This document shows, piece after piece, positions 31,896-42,735 of a stretch of 64,000 nt of DNA (positions within the stretch are counted from its first letter, which is position 1; each line of letters opens with the position of its first letter). The notes beneath the pieces were generated by a model. It searched no databases and was not told the DNA's origin. It was given only the letters and a program-made list of their open reading frames with translations. The position numbers were made by a program, and so were the translations under genes. The stretch lies in NCBI RefSeq assembly GCF_057098645.1, contig NZ_CM169472.1; one strand, given 5' to 3'.

Positions 31896-32780
31896 ATGAT
31901 TAAGAAAATTTTTGCCCTTCCGGTCATCGAACAAATCTCCCCTGTCCTCTCCCGTCGTAAACTGGATGAACTGGACCTCATTGTGGTCGATCATCCCCAG
32001 GTAAAAGCCTCTTTTGCATTACAGGGCGCACACCTTCTCTCGTGGAAACCTGCGGGTGAAGAAGAAGTTCTGTGGTTGAGCAACAACACACCGTTCAAAA
32101 ATGGCATCGCTATTCGCGGTGGCGTACCGGTTTGCTGGCCGTGGTTTGGTCCGGCGGCACAACAAGGCCTGCCTGCGCACGGTTTTGCCCGCAACCTGCC
32201 GTGGACGCTGAAATCACATCGTGAAGATGCTGATGGCGTAGCGCTGACTTTTGAATTGACACAAAGCGAAGAGACGAAAAAATTCTGGCCGCACGACTTT
32301 ACGCTGTTAGCGCATTTCCGCGTGGGTAAAACCTGTGAAATCGATCTTGAAGCACACGGCGAATTTGAAACCACCTCTGCCCTGCATACCTACTTTAACG
32401 TGGGTGATATCGCTAAGGTAAGCGTCAGTGGGCTGGGCGATCGCTTCATTGATAAAGTAAATGACGCGAAAGAAGATGTACTGACCGACGGTATTCAGAC
32501 CTTCCCTGACCGTACCGATCGCGTGTATCTGAATCCGCAAGATTGCAGCGTGATTAATGATGAAGCGCTGAATCGTATTATCGCCGTAGGCCACCAGCAT
32601 CATCTGAACGTTGTAGGCTGGAACCCGGGACCGGCGCTTTCAGTTAGCATGGGCGATATGCCGGATGATGGCTACAAAACATTTGTTTGTGTAGAAACGG
32701 CTTACGCTTCAGAAACGCAAAAAGTGACCAAAGAGAAACCTGCACATCTGGCGCAATCCATTCGCGTTGCGAAACGTTAA
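31896..32780 (+). CDS. yeaD: Putative glucose-6-phosphate 1-epimerase (aldose epimerase family)
   Basis: 294 aa from internal ATG (MIKKIFALPVIEQISP...); directly downstream of gapA. Confidence 0.85.
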   Translation: MIKKIFALPVIEQISPVLSRRKLDELDLIVVDHPQVKASFALQGAHLLSWKPAGEEEVLWLSNNTPFKNGIAIRGGVPVCWPWFGPAAQQGLPAHGFARNLPWTLKSHREDADGVALTFELTQSEETKKFWPHDFTLLAHFRVGKTCEIDLEAHGEFETTSALHTYFNVGDIAKVSVSGLGDRFIDKVNDAKEDVLTDGIQTFPDRTDRVYLNPQDCSVINDEALNRIIAVGHQHHLNVVGWNPGPALSVSMGDMPDDGYKTFVCVETAYASETQKVTKEKPAHLAQSIRVAKR

Positions 32781-32794
32781 TTTGCGTTAATGTT

Positions 32795-32822
32795 GTGTGC
32801 CGGGTGCGATGCATCCGGCACG
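32795..32822. repeat. REP-like palindromic element downstream of yeaD
   Basis: GTGTGCCGGGTGCGATGCATCCGGCACG imperfect palindrome. Confidence 0.4.
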
Positions 32823-32830
32823 TATCAACA

Positions 32831-33144
32831 TCACACCATATCCAGCGCAGTTTTTCCTTTTGGTGCCGGATACGCTTTGTCCAGCATGGCTAATTCCGCT
32901 GACGAAAGTTCGACCTCAAGCACAGCCGCATTCTGTTGGACATGGGCAATCGTGGCCGCTTTTGGAATCGCCATCACACCCTGATGGCTGATTACCCACG
33001 CCAACAATACTTGTGCCGCGCTGATATTGTGAGCATGTGCAATTTCGTTGACTACCGCGTTTTTTAACAGTCCATTGCGCAACCGCCCGGCCTGGGCTAA
33101 CGGACTGTAAGCCATCACCGGCATCTGCTGTTGCTGGCACCAGG
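32831..33144 (-). pseudogene. yeaE: yeaE (aldo-keto reductase) 3' fragment, separated from the 5' part by an IS21-family insertion
   Basis: Minus-strand reading frame ...WCQQQQMPVMAYSPLAQAG... ending at stop 32831-32833; native frame reaches the insertion junction at 33144. Confidence 0.8.
33138..33144. repeat. Target-site duplication CACCAGG (left copy)
   Basis: Identical 7-mer directly flanks both ends of the IS (33138-33144 and 35784-35790). Confidence 0.8.
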
Positions 33145-33346
33145 TGCAAAATGGCATCTGAATCGATCGCAGTTTGGCATTCGAATCGATCATGATTTGG
33201 CATCCATCTCCGATCACAGTTTGGCATCACAATCGATCACGATTTGGCATGCTTCCGATCATTGATTGGCATCCTGCCAGTCACTCCGGGAATTAACTCT
33301 TTTCACCACAGTCTCCATTGCCGTGTTTAAACCAGTGGAGACGTCA

Positions 33347-34912
33347 ATGTCCAGAAAGAGAAAATCCAGGAGCACTATGGAAACCTGTTTTAAGATCCTT
33401 CAGCTCAAGTTCGACAAGAAGCTGACTAACCGTTGTATCGGACTGACGTTACACATCAGCGCCTCAACCGTTTTTGAGGTTCTTGCCCGCTTCAAAGCCT
33501 CTTCTCTGTCATGGCCATTACCTGCTGATATATCCCATGACACGCTGGAGAAACTCATTTTTCCGCCCAAAGACACCTTTGCATCAGAGCTTGTAATGCC
33601 TGACATGTTGTACTTCGATACGGAAATGAGAAAACCAGGTGTGACGCGGCAACTGTTGTGGATGGAATACAAGGCACAGGCGGGTAACAAAGCGATGGGA
33701 TACTCGCACTTCTGCCGTTGCTACCGGGAGTGGAAAAAAACGCGACGTCTCTCCATGCGCCAGGAGCATCGTGCCGGCGAAAAGCTTTTTATCGACTTCT
33801 GTGGTCCTACGGTTCCTGTTATTAATCCGGACACCGGTGAGATACGCCGCGTGGCAATCTTCGTGGCCGTAATGGGGGCGTCCAACTATACCTACGTTGA
33901 AGCGTGCGAAGGTCAGGACATGATGTCATGGTTAAATGCCCACAGCCGTTGCCTGACCTTCCTGGGCGGCGTACCGAAGCTGCTCATCCCCGATAACCTC
34001 AGAAGCGCAGTGAAAAAGGCCGATCGATATGAGCCTGTCATCAACGACAGTTATCAGGCACTGGCTGAGCACTATGGCACGGTTATCATCCCGGCCCGAC
34101 CACGCAAACCTAAAGATAAACCAAAAGCAGAAAACGGCGTCCTCATCGTTGAACGATGGCTTCTTGCCCGCATCCGTAATGAAACCTTCCACACGCTCAG
34201 GGCGCTGAATGCGCGCCTTAGGGAGTTACTGACAGACATGAATAACCGGCCAATGAAGGGGTACGGCAATCAAACCCGTGCAGAACGCTTCCGCATACTG
34301 GATGCGCCAGCACTCTCTCCGCTGCCTCTGGCACCTTATGAATACACGGAATACAAAGCTGTGAAGGTTGGCCCTGACTACCACGTTGAATATGCCCGTC
34401 ACTGGTACTCCGTTCCACACGAACTGGTCGGTCAGCGTCTGTCACTGAAGGCGGGGCAGTCGGTGGTACAGCTCTGGCACAAGGGGCAGTGTGTGGCGCA
34501 ACATCCGCGCAGCACACATGAATATAAACACACAACCAATCCGCTTCACATGCCAGAGCGCCACCGGCAGCACGGGACATGGACACCGGAACGCCTGATC
34601 GAGCAGGGAAAACGTACGGGCCCGTCCACAGGCCGGGTGGTTGAATCCATGCTGAAGGCAAAACCCCATCCGGAACTGGCTTATCGTGCAGTTCTGGGGC
34701 TGCTGGCACTTCAGAAAAAATACGGCCCGGAACGGCTGGAAAAGGCCTGTTACGTTGCCCTGCACTATAACGCCCCTGACAGACGCTTTATCGACAATCT
34801 GCTGCGTCACCATCGGGAGAACCTGGAGCTTCCATTATCCCGCCAGGGCGAACAACATCCGGCATATGCTTCAGAGCATGAAAACCTGCGTGGTCCGGGC
34901 TACTACCACTGA
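33347..34912 (+). CDS. istA: IS21-family transposase IstA
   Basis: 521 aa from ATG 33347 preceded by GGAGA; N-terminal HTH region and DDE integrase core; organisation typical of IS21 family. Confidence 0.8.
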   Translation: MSRKRKSRSTMETCFKILQLKFDKKLTNRCIGLTLHISASTVFEVLARFKASSLSWPLPADISHDTLEKLIFPPKDTFASELVMPDMLYFDTEMRKPGVTRQLLWMEYKAQAGNKAMGYSHFCRCYREWKKTRRLSMRQEHRAGEKLFIDFCGPTVPVINPDTGEIRRVAIFVAVMGASNYTYVEACEGQDMMSWLNAHSRCLTFLGGVPKLLIPDNLRSAVKKADRYEPVINDSYQALAEHYGTVIIPARPRKPKDKPKAENGVLIVERWLLARIRNETFHTLRALNARLRELLTDMNNRPMKGYGNQTRAERFRILDAPALSPLPLAPYEYTEYKAVKVGPDYHVEYARHWYSVPHELVGQRLSLKAGQSVVQLWHKGQCVAQHPRSTHEYKHTTNPLHMPERHRQHGTWTPERLIEQGKRTGPSTGRVVESMLKAKPHPELAYRAVLGLLALQKKYGPERLEKACYVALHYNAPDRRFIDNLLRHHRENLELPLSRQGEQHPAYASEHENLRGPGYYH

Positions 34913-34928
34913 CAGAAGGAACAACAGT

Positions 34929-35684
34929 ATGAGTGATAACCTGTTAAACAAACTGACCCAACTGAAACTCCCGGCGATGGCCGGGAGCCTGATACGGCAG
35001 CGGGAAACGCCTCAGACCTACGACGAACTGTCGTTCGAGGAAAGGCTGACGCTGCTGGTTGATGACGAGCTTCTGAGCAGGGAAAACAGCCGTGTGGCAC
35101 GGTTGAGAAAAAATGCCGGCCTGAAATACCAGGCAACACCGGAAGGGCTGCGCTATCCGGCCTCAAGAGGTCTGCGGGCTGAACAGATGAGAGAACTGCT
35201 GAACGGCCACTACATAACCCACAGGAAAAACCTGCTGATAACCGGTCCGACAGGATGTGGCAAGAGCTGGATAGCCAATGCGCTGGGCGAACAGGCATGT
35301 CGACAGAAACACAGCGTCCGGTACTGTAGAACCGGGCGATTACTGGAACAACTGGCTCAGGGACGTGTTGATGGCAGCTGGCTGAAATATCTGAAACAGT
35401 TGCAAAAAATACAGGTTCTAATCCTGGACGATCTGGGGCTGGAACAGTTAAGTAACGCCCAGTGTAATGACCTTCTGGAGCTCATAGAGGATCGTTACGG
35501 ACAAAGCAGCACGATAGTGGTAAGCCAGTTCCCGGTAGATAAATGGCATGGTCTGATGGAGAACCCAACAACAGCAGATGCCATCCTGGACAGACTGGTA
35601 CATAACTCACACCGAGTGGTCCTTCAGGGAGAGTCACTGAGGAAAAATCCCCCGGTAGTGGAAAGCAGCGAAAAAACGCGTTAA
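34929..35684 (+). CDS. istB: IS21-family helper ATPase IstB
   Basis: 251 aa; Walker A GPTGCGKS and Walker B ILDDLG; 16 nt after istA with GAAGGA RBS. Confidence 0.85.
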   Translation: MSDNLLNKLTQLKLPAMAGSLIRQRETPQTYDELSFEERLTLLVDDELLSRENSRVARLRKNAGLKYQATPEGLRYPASRGLRAEQMRELLNGHYITHRKNLLITGPTGCGKSWIANALGEQACRQKHSVRYCRTGRLLEQLAQGRVDGSWLKYLKQLQKIQVLILDDLGLEQLSNAQCNDLLELIEDRYGQSSTIVVSQFPVDKWHGLMENPTTADAILDRLVHNSHRVVLQGESLRKNPPVVESSEKTR

Positions 35685-35783
35685 AAAGCGGTAGAAAAAG
35701 TTAAGTTCCCGGTTGATCGAATGGATGCGAATCGCTGATCGGACTTCGATGCCAATCCGTGATCGAATAGAGCGGAATACGCA

Positions 35784-35790
35784 CACCAGG
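35784..35790. repeat. Target-site duplication CACCAGG (right copy)
   Basis: Identical to 33138-33144. Confidence 0.8.
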
Positions 35791-36331
35791 GGAGTAGATC
35801 GTACTCAATCCCTCGTGAACCGAGATGGTAAAGCACCTGATTAGTGGCACACTGATTTCCCCCCGGCAGCTGCCAGAGTTCCTGCATATCAGCATAATCA
35901 AGGTTAGAAACGCCCCAGCGGCGGATTTTTCCCTGGGCGATCAATTTTTCCATCGCTGCGACAGTCTCTTCAAAAGCGAAACGGCCAGACCAGTGTAATA
36001 AGTAGAGATCGAGATAATCAGTATTGAGACGGCGTAAACTGGCTTCGCATGCATTTATCGCTTTTTGCCCGCCAGCATTCCACGGATAGACTTTAGAGAC
36101 GAGAAAGACGTTATCGCGCAGACCGGTTAATGCTTCCCCAACCACCTTTTCGGCACCGCCATCGGCATACATTTCGGCGGTATCAATGAGGGTTAAACCG
36201 AGCTCAATGCCCGCGCGTAGTGCAGCAACTTCTGTTTTGCGCTGACTGGCATCTTCGCCCATATACCATGTTCCCTGCCCTATGGCTGGCAGTGAGACAT
36301 CGCCACTAAATTGAATCATTTTTTGTTGCAT
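35784..36331 (-). pseudogene. yeaE: yeaE 5' fragment (N-terminal ~183 codons), fused to IS-derived codons
   Basis: Minus-strand ORF starting MQQKMIQFSGDVSLPAIGQGTWYMG...; authentic sequence runs to ...YDLLPWC at the IS junction, then reads into IS DNA until the stop at 35681. Confidence 0.8.
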
Positions 36332-36365
36332 TGTTTCCTCCCAGGTATTGCACCACCGTAATGCA

Positions 36366-36390
36366 AAACAGGGCGTGACGCCCTGTTTTT
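36366..36390 (-). terminator. Rho-independent terminator downstream of mipA
   Basis: AAAACAGGGCGTGACGCCCTGTTTTT: GC-rich hairpin with flanking T/A runs, 30 nt past the mipA stop. Confidence 0.55.
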
Positions 36391-36420
36391 ATGCACAAAA
36401 TGCCCTGGAAAGATGCATTA

Positions 36421-37167
36421 TCAGAATTTGTAGGTGATCCCGGTAGAAATCAGGCCAGTCCAGGATTTATCCACCATCGGGCTGTCAGTAACTTCATCAG
36501 ACAGACGGGTGTAGCGCGCGGTACCGTAAACACTCCAGTCGCCGAGGAAGTTGTAGCTGGCGCTCAGCTCCAGGTAAGGGCTCCAGCTGTCGTTCGGGTT
36601 ATAGCCACGCAGACCGCTGCGAGCGGACTCTTTGCGCGATACGCCATAATAGTATTCGTTCTGGTTTTCGCTGTTCCACTGCACACCAATACCCGGAGTC
36701 ACGGTCAGGCCACCGTTGGTGTAACGATACAACCAGGCCATATCCCAGACGATGCCGTTGCTGTTATCCAGGGTATCGCCAGCCAGGGTGGTACGCAGGT
36801 AACCGTACTGGGTAAAGTGAGCATAAGACAGACCAGCCATCATGGTGCTCTTACGGTCATCCAGGTGACGCATTTGGTGATCGCCACTGTCTTTAGCTTT
36901 GAAGTAAAGCGGCGACCAGTAAGCGGTAATTGAAAGTTTATCCGTTGCGTCATTCCACAGGTAGTAACCACCACCTAAGCCACGGAACCAGAAGTTATCG
37001 CCTTCATAGTTGATTACCGGTACTGGGTAAACATCGGTATCGTAATCTTTATATGGGTGTTCAACGACACCTACGCCTGCGCCCAGGGAAAATTTACCTT
37101 CAGCGTGCGCTACGCCTGCAGACGTTGCGATAAGCACTCCAAGTGCCAGAAGTTTGAGTTTGGTCAC
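36421..37167 (-). CDS. mipA: MltA-interacting outer membrane protein (OmpV/MipA family)
   Basis: 248-aa ORF with signal peptide (MTKLKLLALGVLIATSAGVAHA) and terminal ...GITYKF beta-barrel signature. Confidence 0.9.
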   Translation of the reverse strand: MTKLKLLALGVLIATSAGVAHAEGKFSLGAGVGVVEHPYKDYDTDVYPVPVINYEGDNFWFRGLGGGYYLWNDATDKLSITAYWSPLYFKAKDSGDHQMRHLDDRKSTMMAGLSYAHFTQYGYLRTTLAGDTLDNSNGIVWDMAWLYRYTNGGLTVTPGIGVQWNSENQNEYYYGVSRKESARSGLRGYNPNDSWSPYLELSASYNFLGDWSVYGTARYTRLSDEVTDSPMVDKSWTGLISTGITYKF

Positions 37168-37602
37168 AATTAATCATTCCTTAAACAAATGTTTAGCGGG
37201 CGACAAAGTTTACCCGTCAATACATCGAAACCCAACCTTTTTACGTTTTCATTTTTTAAAGTAACTGTTTAATTTTCCTGACGCGGATGACACCGCGCTT
37301 ACAGCCAAATGAATTTAGCGTTACTGGCGAGCCTGGTCTTTACATTAATTATGCAAAATTTATGGATGAGTTGTTGATATGCCATTGAAATTAAGAAAGC
37401 CGTGTAGGCAAGTTTTCCATTTGCCATCTACGCTTAATTTTGAAGGTGTATCACCGGGCACGTTGTTCTCATCGTCGATAAAATGGCATGAGAGTTGCTG
37501 TGTTTTAGCAAGAGACGTCGTTCAGTTTACCTCTTCCGGGAGCCTCTACTATTCATATGAACGGCTCTTAACCTGTGCTAAAAAACGAAAGGACGGCATA
37601 CC

Positions 37603-39537
37603 ATGAATATATTCGATCACTATCGCCAGCGATATGAAGCTGCCAAGGACGAAGAGTTCACACTGCAGGAGTTTCTTACCACTTGTCGGCAAGATCGCAG
37701 TGCTTATGCCAACGCGGCTGAGCGGCTATTGATGGCTATCGGTGAGCCTGTCATGGTCGATACAGCCCAGGAACCCAGACTTTCTCGACTCTTTTCTAAC
37801 CGGGTCATTGCACGTTATCCGGCGTTTGAAGAGTTTTACGGCATGGAAGACGCGATTGAACAGATTGTCTCTTATCTGAAACACGCGGCTCAGGGGCTGG
37901 AAGAGAAGAAACAAATCCTGTATCTGCTGGGGCCTGTGGGTGGGGGTAAATCATCGCTTGCTGAGCGACTGAAATCATTAATGCAGCTCGTACCGATTTA
38001 TGTATTGAGCGCCAACGGTGAGCGTAGCCCGGTCAACGATCATCCGTTCTGTCTTTTCAATCCGCAGGAAGATGCGCAGATTCTGGAAAAAGAGTATGGC
38101 ATTCCTCGCCGTTATCTCGGCACCATCATGTCGCCGTGGGCGGCAAAACGTCTGCATGAATTTGGTGGCGATATTACTAAGTTCCGGGTAGTGAAGGTCT
38201 GGCCGTCCATTCTGCAACAAATTGCTATCGCCAAAACAGAGCCCGGTGATGAGAACAACCAGGACATCTCCGCGCTGGTAGGGAAAGTCGATATTCGTAA
38301 ACTCGAACACTACGCGCAGAATGACCCAGACGCCTATGGCTATTCCGGCGCACTGTGCCGCGCCAACCAGGGGATCATGGAATTCGTTGAGATGTTTAAA
38401 GCACCGATTAAAGTGCTGCATCCCTTGTTAACCGCCACTCAGGAAGGTAACTACAACGGGACGGAAGGTATCTCCGCCCTGCCGTTCAACGGGATTATTC
38501 TTGCCCACTCGAACGAGTCCGAATGGGTCACTTTCCGTAATAACAAAAACAACGAAGCCTTCCTCGATCGTGTTTACATCGTGAAGGTGCCGTATTGCTT
38601 GCGCATTTCCGAAGAGATCAAAATCTACGAGAAATTGCTTAATCACAGTGAATTGACTCACGCCCCATGCGCCCCTGGCACGCTCGAAACACTGTCACGT
38701 TTTTCCATTCTTTCGCGCCTGAAAGAGCCAGAAAACTCCAGCATTTATTCAAAGATGCGGGTTTATGATGGCGAAAGTCTGAAAGACACCGATCCCAAAG
38801 CCAAGTCGTATCAGGAATATCGTGACTACGCCGGTGTCGATGAAGGGATGAACGGTCTGTCGACGCGTTTTGCGTTTAAGATCCTCTCCCGCGTGTTCAA
38901 CTTCGATCATGTAGAAGTGGCGGCAAACCCGGTCCATCTGTTCTACGTCCTGGAACAGCAGATCGAGCGCGAGCAGTTCCCACAAGAGCAGGCAGAACGC
39001 TATCTGGAGTTCCTGAAAGGTTATCTGATCCCGAAATATGCCGAGTTTATTGGCAAAGAGATCCAGACGGCCTACCTTGAATCCTATTCCGAATATGGGC
39101 AAAACATTTTCGACCGTTATGTTACCTACGCGGATTTCTGGATTCAGGATCAGGAGTATCGCGATCCGGATACCGGGCAGCTGTTTGACCGCGAGTCTCT
39201 TAACGCCGAGCTGGAGAAAATCGAGAAACCGGCGGGGATCAGTAATCCAAAAGATTTCCGCAACGAGATTGTTAACTTCGTACTGCGCGCCAGAGCCAAT
39301 AACAGCGGACGCAATCCGAACTGGACCAGCTATGAAAAACTGCGCACGGTTATCGAGAAGAAAATGTTCTCCAATACCGAGGAGCTGTTGCCGGTTATCT
39401 CGTTTAACGCCAAAACGTCAACCGACGAGCAGAAGAAACACGACGACTTTGTCGACCGTATGATGGAAAAAGGCTACACCCGTAAACAGGTGCGTTTACT
39501 GTGCGAATGGTATTTGCGTGTACGTAAATCGTCTTAA
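37603..39537 (+). CDS. yeaG: PrkA-family serine protein kinase
   Basis: 644-aa ORF with P-loop GPVGGGKSS; conserved pairing with yeaH. Confidence 0.9.
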   Translation: MNIFDHYRQRYEAAKDEEFTLQEFLTTCRQDRSAYANAAERLLMAIGEPVMVDTAQEPRLSRLFSNRVIARYPAFEEFYGMEDAIEQIVSYLKHAAQGLEEKKQILYLLGPVGGGKSSLAERLKSLMQLVPIYVLSANGERSPVNDHPFCLFNPQEDAQILEKEYGIPRRYLGTIMSPWAAKRLHEFGGDITKFRVVKVWPSILQQIAIAKTEPGDENNQDISALVGKVDIRKLEHYAQNDPDAYGYSGALCRANQGIMEFVEMFKAPIKVLHPLLTATQEGNYNGTEGISALPFNGIILAHSNESEWVTFRNNKNNEAFLDRVYIVKVPYCLRISEEIKIYEKLLNHSELTHAPCAPGTLETLSRFSILSRLKEPENSSIYSKMRVYDGESLKDTDPKAKSYQEYRDYAGVDEGMNGLSTRFAFKILSRVFNFDHVEVAANPVHLFYVLEQQIEREQFPQEQAERYLEFLKGYLIPKYAEFIGKEIQTAYLESYSEYGQNIFDRYVTYADFWIQDQEYRDPDTGQLFDRESLNAELEKIEKPAGISNPKDFRNEIVNFVLRARANNSGRNPNWTSYEKLRTVIEKKMFSNTEELLPVISFNAKTSTDEQKKHDDFVDRMMEKGYTRKQVRLLCEWYLRVRKSS

Positions 39538-39544
39538 CAACCCT

Positions 39545-39569
39545 GGCCCGGTACACATGCTACCGGGCC
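39545..39569 (+). other. Perfect 9-bp stem-loop between yeaG and yeaH
   Basis: GGCCCGGTA-CACATGC-TACCGGGCC; no T-run follows, so probably an intra-operon stability or attenuation element rather than a full terminator. Confidence 0.35.
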
Positions 39570-39637
39570 TACAACGACAGCGAACCGTGGGCCAGAGAAA
39601 TGGCAACACAGGCGTAGCATACAGTTGGCAAATGTAG

Positions 39638-40933
<1,296 letters not shown>

Positions 40934-41079
40934 AACTATCAGCCGGGTCATTATCGCCTGGCTGATTTTTAGCTTACTGTAAATTATCTCATTTATTACA
41001 TACATTAGCTTACAATCGCTTTAAATATGACAGCATAACCTTTACATAATTTAGTTCCAGAAAACAATCATTCGGAAAA

Positions 41080-42555
41080 ATGATTCAGTCAACACGTATT
41101 TCCATGGGGTTATTCTTTAAATATTTTTTATCGTTAACGAAAATTGATCTTGGTCAAAACTATATATCTCTGCCATCAATAAAATCCAGCACTCACATTG
41201 TTCTCCTTTTTATGGTTTCTATGGGTACACAAAAATTAAAAGCTCAAAGCTTTTTTATTTTCAGTTTATTGCTGACGTTAATTTTATTTTGCATTACTAC
41301 CTTATATAACGAAAACACAAATGTAAAACTCATCCCACAGATGAATTACCTGATGGTTGTTGTGGCTTTGTTTTTCCTTAACGCCGTCATTTTTCTTTTC
41401 ATGTTAATGAAATATTTCACTAACAAACAAATTTTACCAACACTCATTTTAAGCCTTGCATTTTTAAGTGGCCTTATCTATTTAGTTGAAACCATTGTAA
41501 TTATCCATAAACCAATTAACGGCAGTACACTGATCCAGACAAAGTCGAATGATGTTTCTATTTTCTATATTTTCCGCCAACTCAGTTTTATTTGTTTAAC
41601 CTCGCTGGCGCTCTTTTGTTATGGCAAAGACAACATCCTGAACAATAATAAGAAAAAAACGGCAATCCTGTTGCTGGCGCTGATCCCTTTTTTATTTTTT
41701 CCCGTTCTGGCACACAATCTGAGCAGTTATAACGCTGACTATTCTTTGTATGTCGTCGATTACTGTCCTGACAACCATACTGCGACCTGGGGAATCAACT
41801 ATACAAAAATATTGGTTTGTCTGTGGGCATTTTTACTGTTCTTTATTATCATGCGTACACGATTAGCCAGCGAACTATGGCCATTAATAGCATTATTATG
41901 TCTGGCATCGCTATGCTGCAACTTACTTCTACTGACTCTGGATGAGTATAATTACACCATCTGGTACATCAGTCGCGGGATTGAAGTCTCCAGTAAACTG
42001 TTTGTTGTGTCTTTTCTGATTTATAACATTTTTCAGGAGCTGCAACTCTCCAGCAAACTGGCAGTTCATGATGTGCTGACCAATATTTATAATCGGCGCT
42101 ACTTTTTCAACAGCGTAGAGTCATTATTGTCGCGACCTGTTGTTAAGGACTTTTGTGTCATGTTGGTTGATATTAATCAGTTCAAACGCATCAATGCCCA
42201 ATGGGGACATCGTGTGGGTGATAAAGTGCTGGTATCAATTGTCGATATTATCCAGCAAAGCATCCGCCCCGATGATATTTTAGCGCGACTGGAGGGTGAG
42301 GTGTTTGGCTTGCTATTTACCGAACTCAATAGTGCCCAGGCAAAAATCATTGCGGAACGTATGCGTAAAAATGTCGAACTCCTGACCGGCTTTAGTAACA
42401 GATATGATGTTCCTGAACAAATGACCATCAGTATTGGCACTGTTTTTTCAACGGGTGACACGCGTAATATCTCGCTTGTCATGACGGAAGCAGATAAAGC
42501 CTTACGCGAAGCGAAAAGCGAGGGGGGCAACAAAGTGATTATTCATCATATTTAA
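41080..42555 (+). CDS. dgcI: Membrane-anchored GGDEF-domain protein with degenerate active site
   Basis: 491-aa ORF; AT-rich N-terminal multi-TM domain; GGDEF position reads EGEVF (codons 42292-42306). Confidence 0.8.
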   Translation: MIQSTRISMGLFFKYFLSLTKIDLGQNYISLPSIKSSTHIVLLFMVSMGTQKLKAQSFFIFSLLLTLILFCITTLYNENTNVKLIPQMNYLMVVVALFFLNAVIFLFMLMKYFTNKQILPTLILSLAFLSGLIYLVETIVIIHKPINGSTLIQTKSNDVSIFYIFRQLSFICLTSLALFCYGKDNILNNNKKKTAILLLALIPFLFFPVLAHNLSSYNADYSLYVVDYCPDNHTATWGINYTKILVCLWAFLLFFIIMRTRLASELWPLIALLCLASLCCNLLLLTLDEYNYTIWYISRGIEVSSKLFVVSFLIYNIFQELQLSSKLAVHDVLTNIYNRRYFFNSVESLLSRPVVKDFCVMLVDINQFKRINAQWGHRVGDKVLVSIVDIIQQSIRPDDILARLEGEVFGLLFTELNSAQAKIIAERMRKNVELLTGFSNRYDVPEQMTISIGTVFSTGDTRNISLVMTEADKALREAKSEGGNKVIIHHI

Positions 42556-42735
42556 GTGCAAAAATATTCAGAGCCATGCTTTTTGCGTGGCTTTTGCATA
42601 CAATTTATTACTATTACCCCTAAATTTCCCCTCCCCAGCGGCGCAGAGATGAGTATAATTAGCGCCCCTGTGCCAGGCCGCAATCGAACTTTATCTGGTT
42701 TTCTCGTTTCACTAACCGAAGGAGTGCCATTTATC

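Larger units (their letters stand above)
33145..35783 (+). mobile_element. IS21-family insertion sequence (istA-istB), 2,639 bp, inserted in yeaE
   Basis: TG...CA termini; multiple subterminal repeats (TTTGGCAT motif x5 at left end, related motifs at right end); two consecutive genes for IstA-like transposase and IstB-like ATPase; flanked by 7-bp direct repeat; joining the flanks restores an uninterrupted yeaE frame. Confidence 0.85.

Noticed and set aside
33145-33300. Regularly spaced short repeats (TTTGGCAT motif) that look superficially like a small CRISPR-like array
   Set aside because: Repeats are 8-11 bp, irregular, and lie at the end of an IS next to a transposase gene; they are the multiple terminal repeats of an IS21-family element
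34218-34813. 163-aa and 123-aa minus-strand ORFs inside the IS element
   Set aside because: Antisense to istA; IS21-family elements encode only istA and istB
37379-37606. 75-aa ORF in the mipA–yeaG intergenic region
   Set aside because: No RBS, atypical composition, lies in a promoter/leader region and runs into the yeaG start
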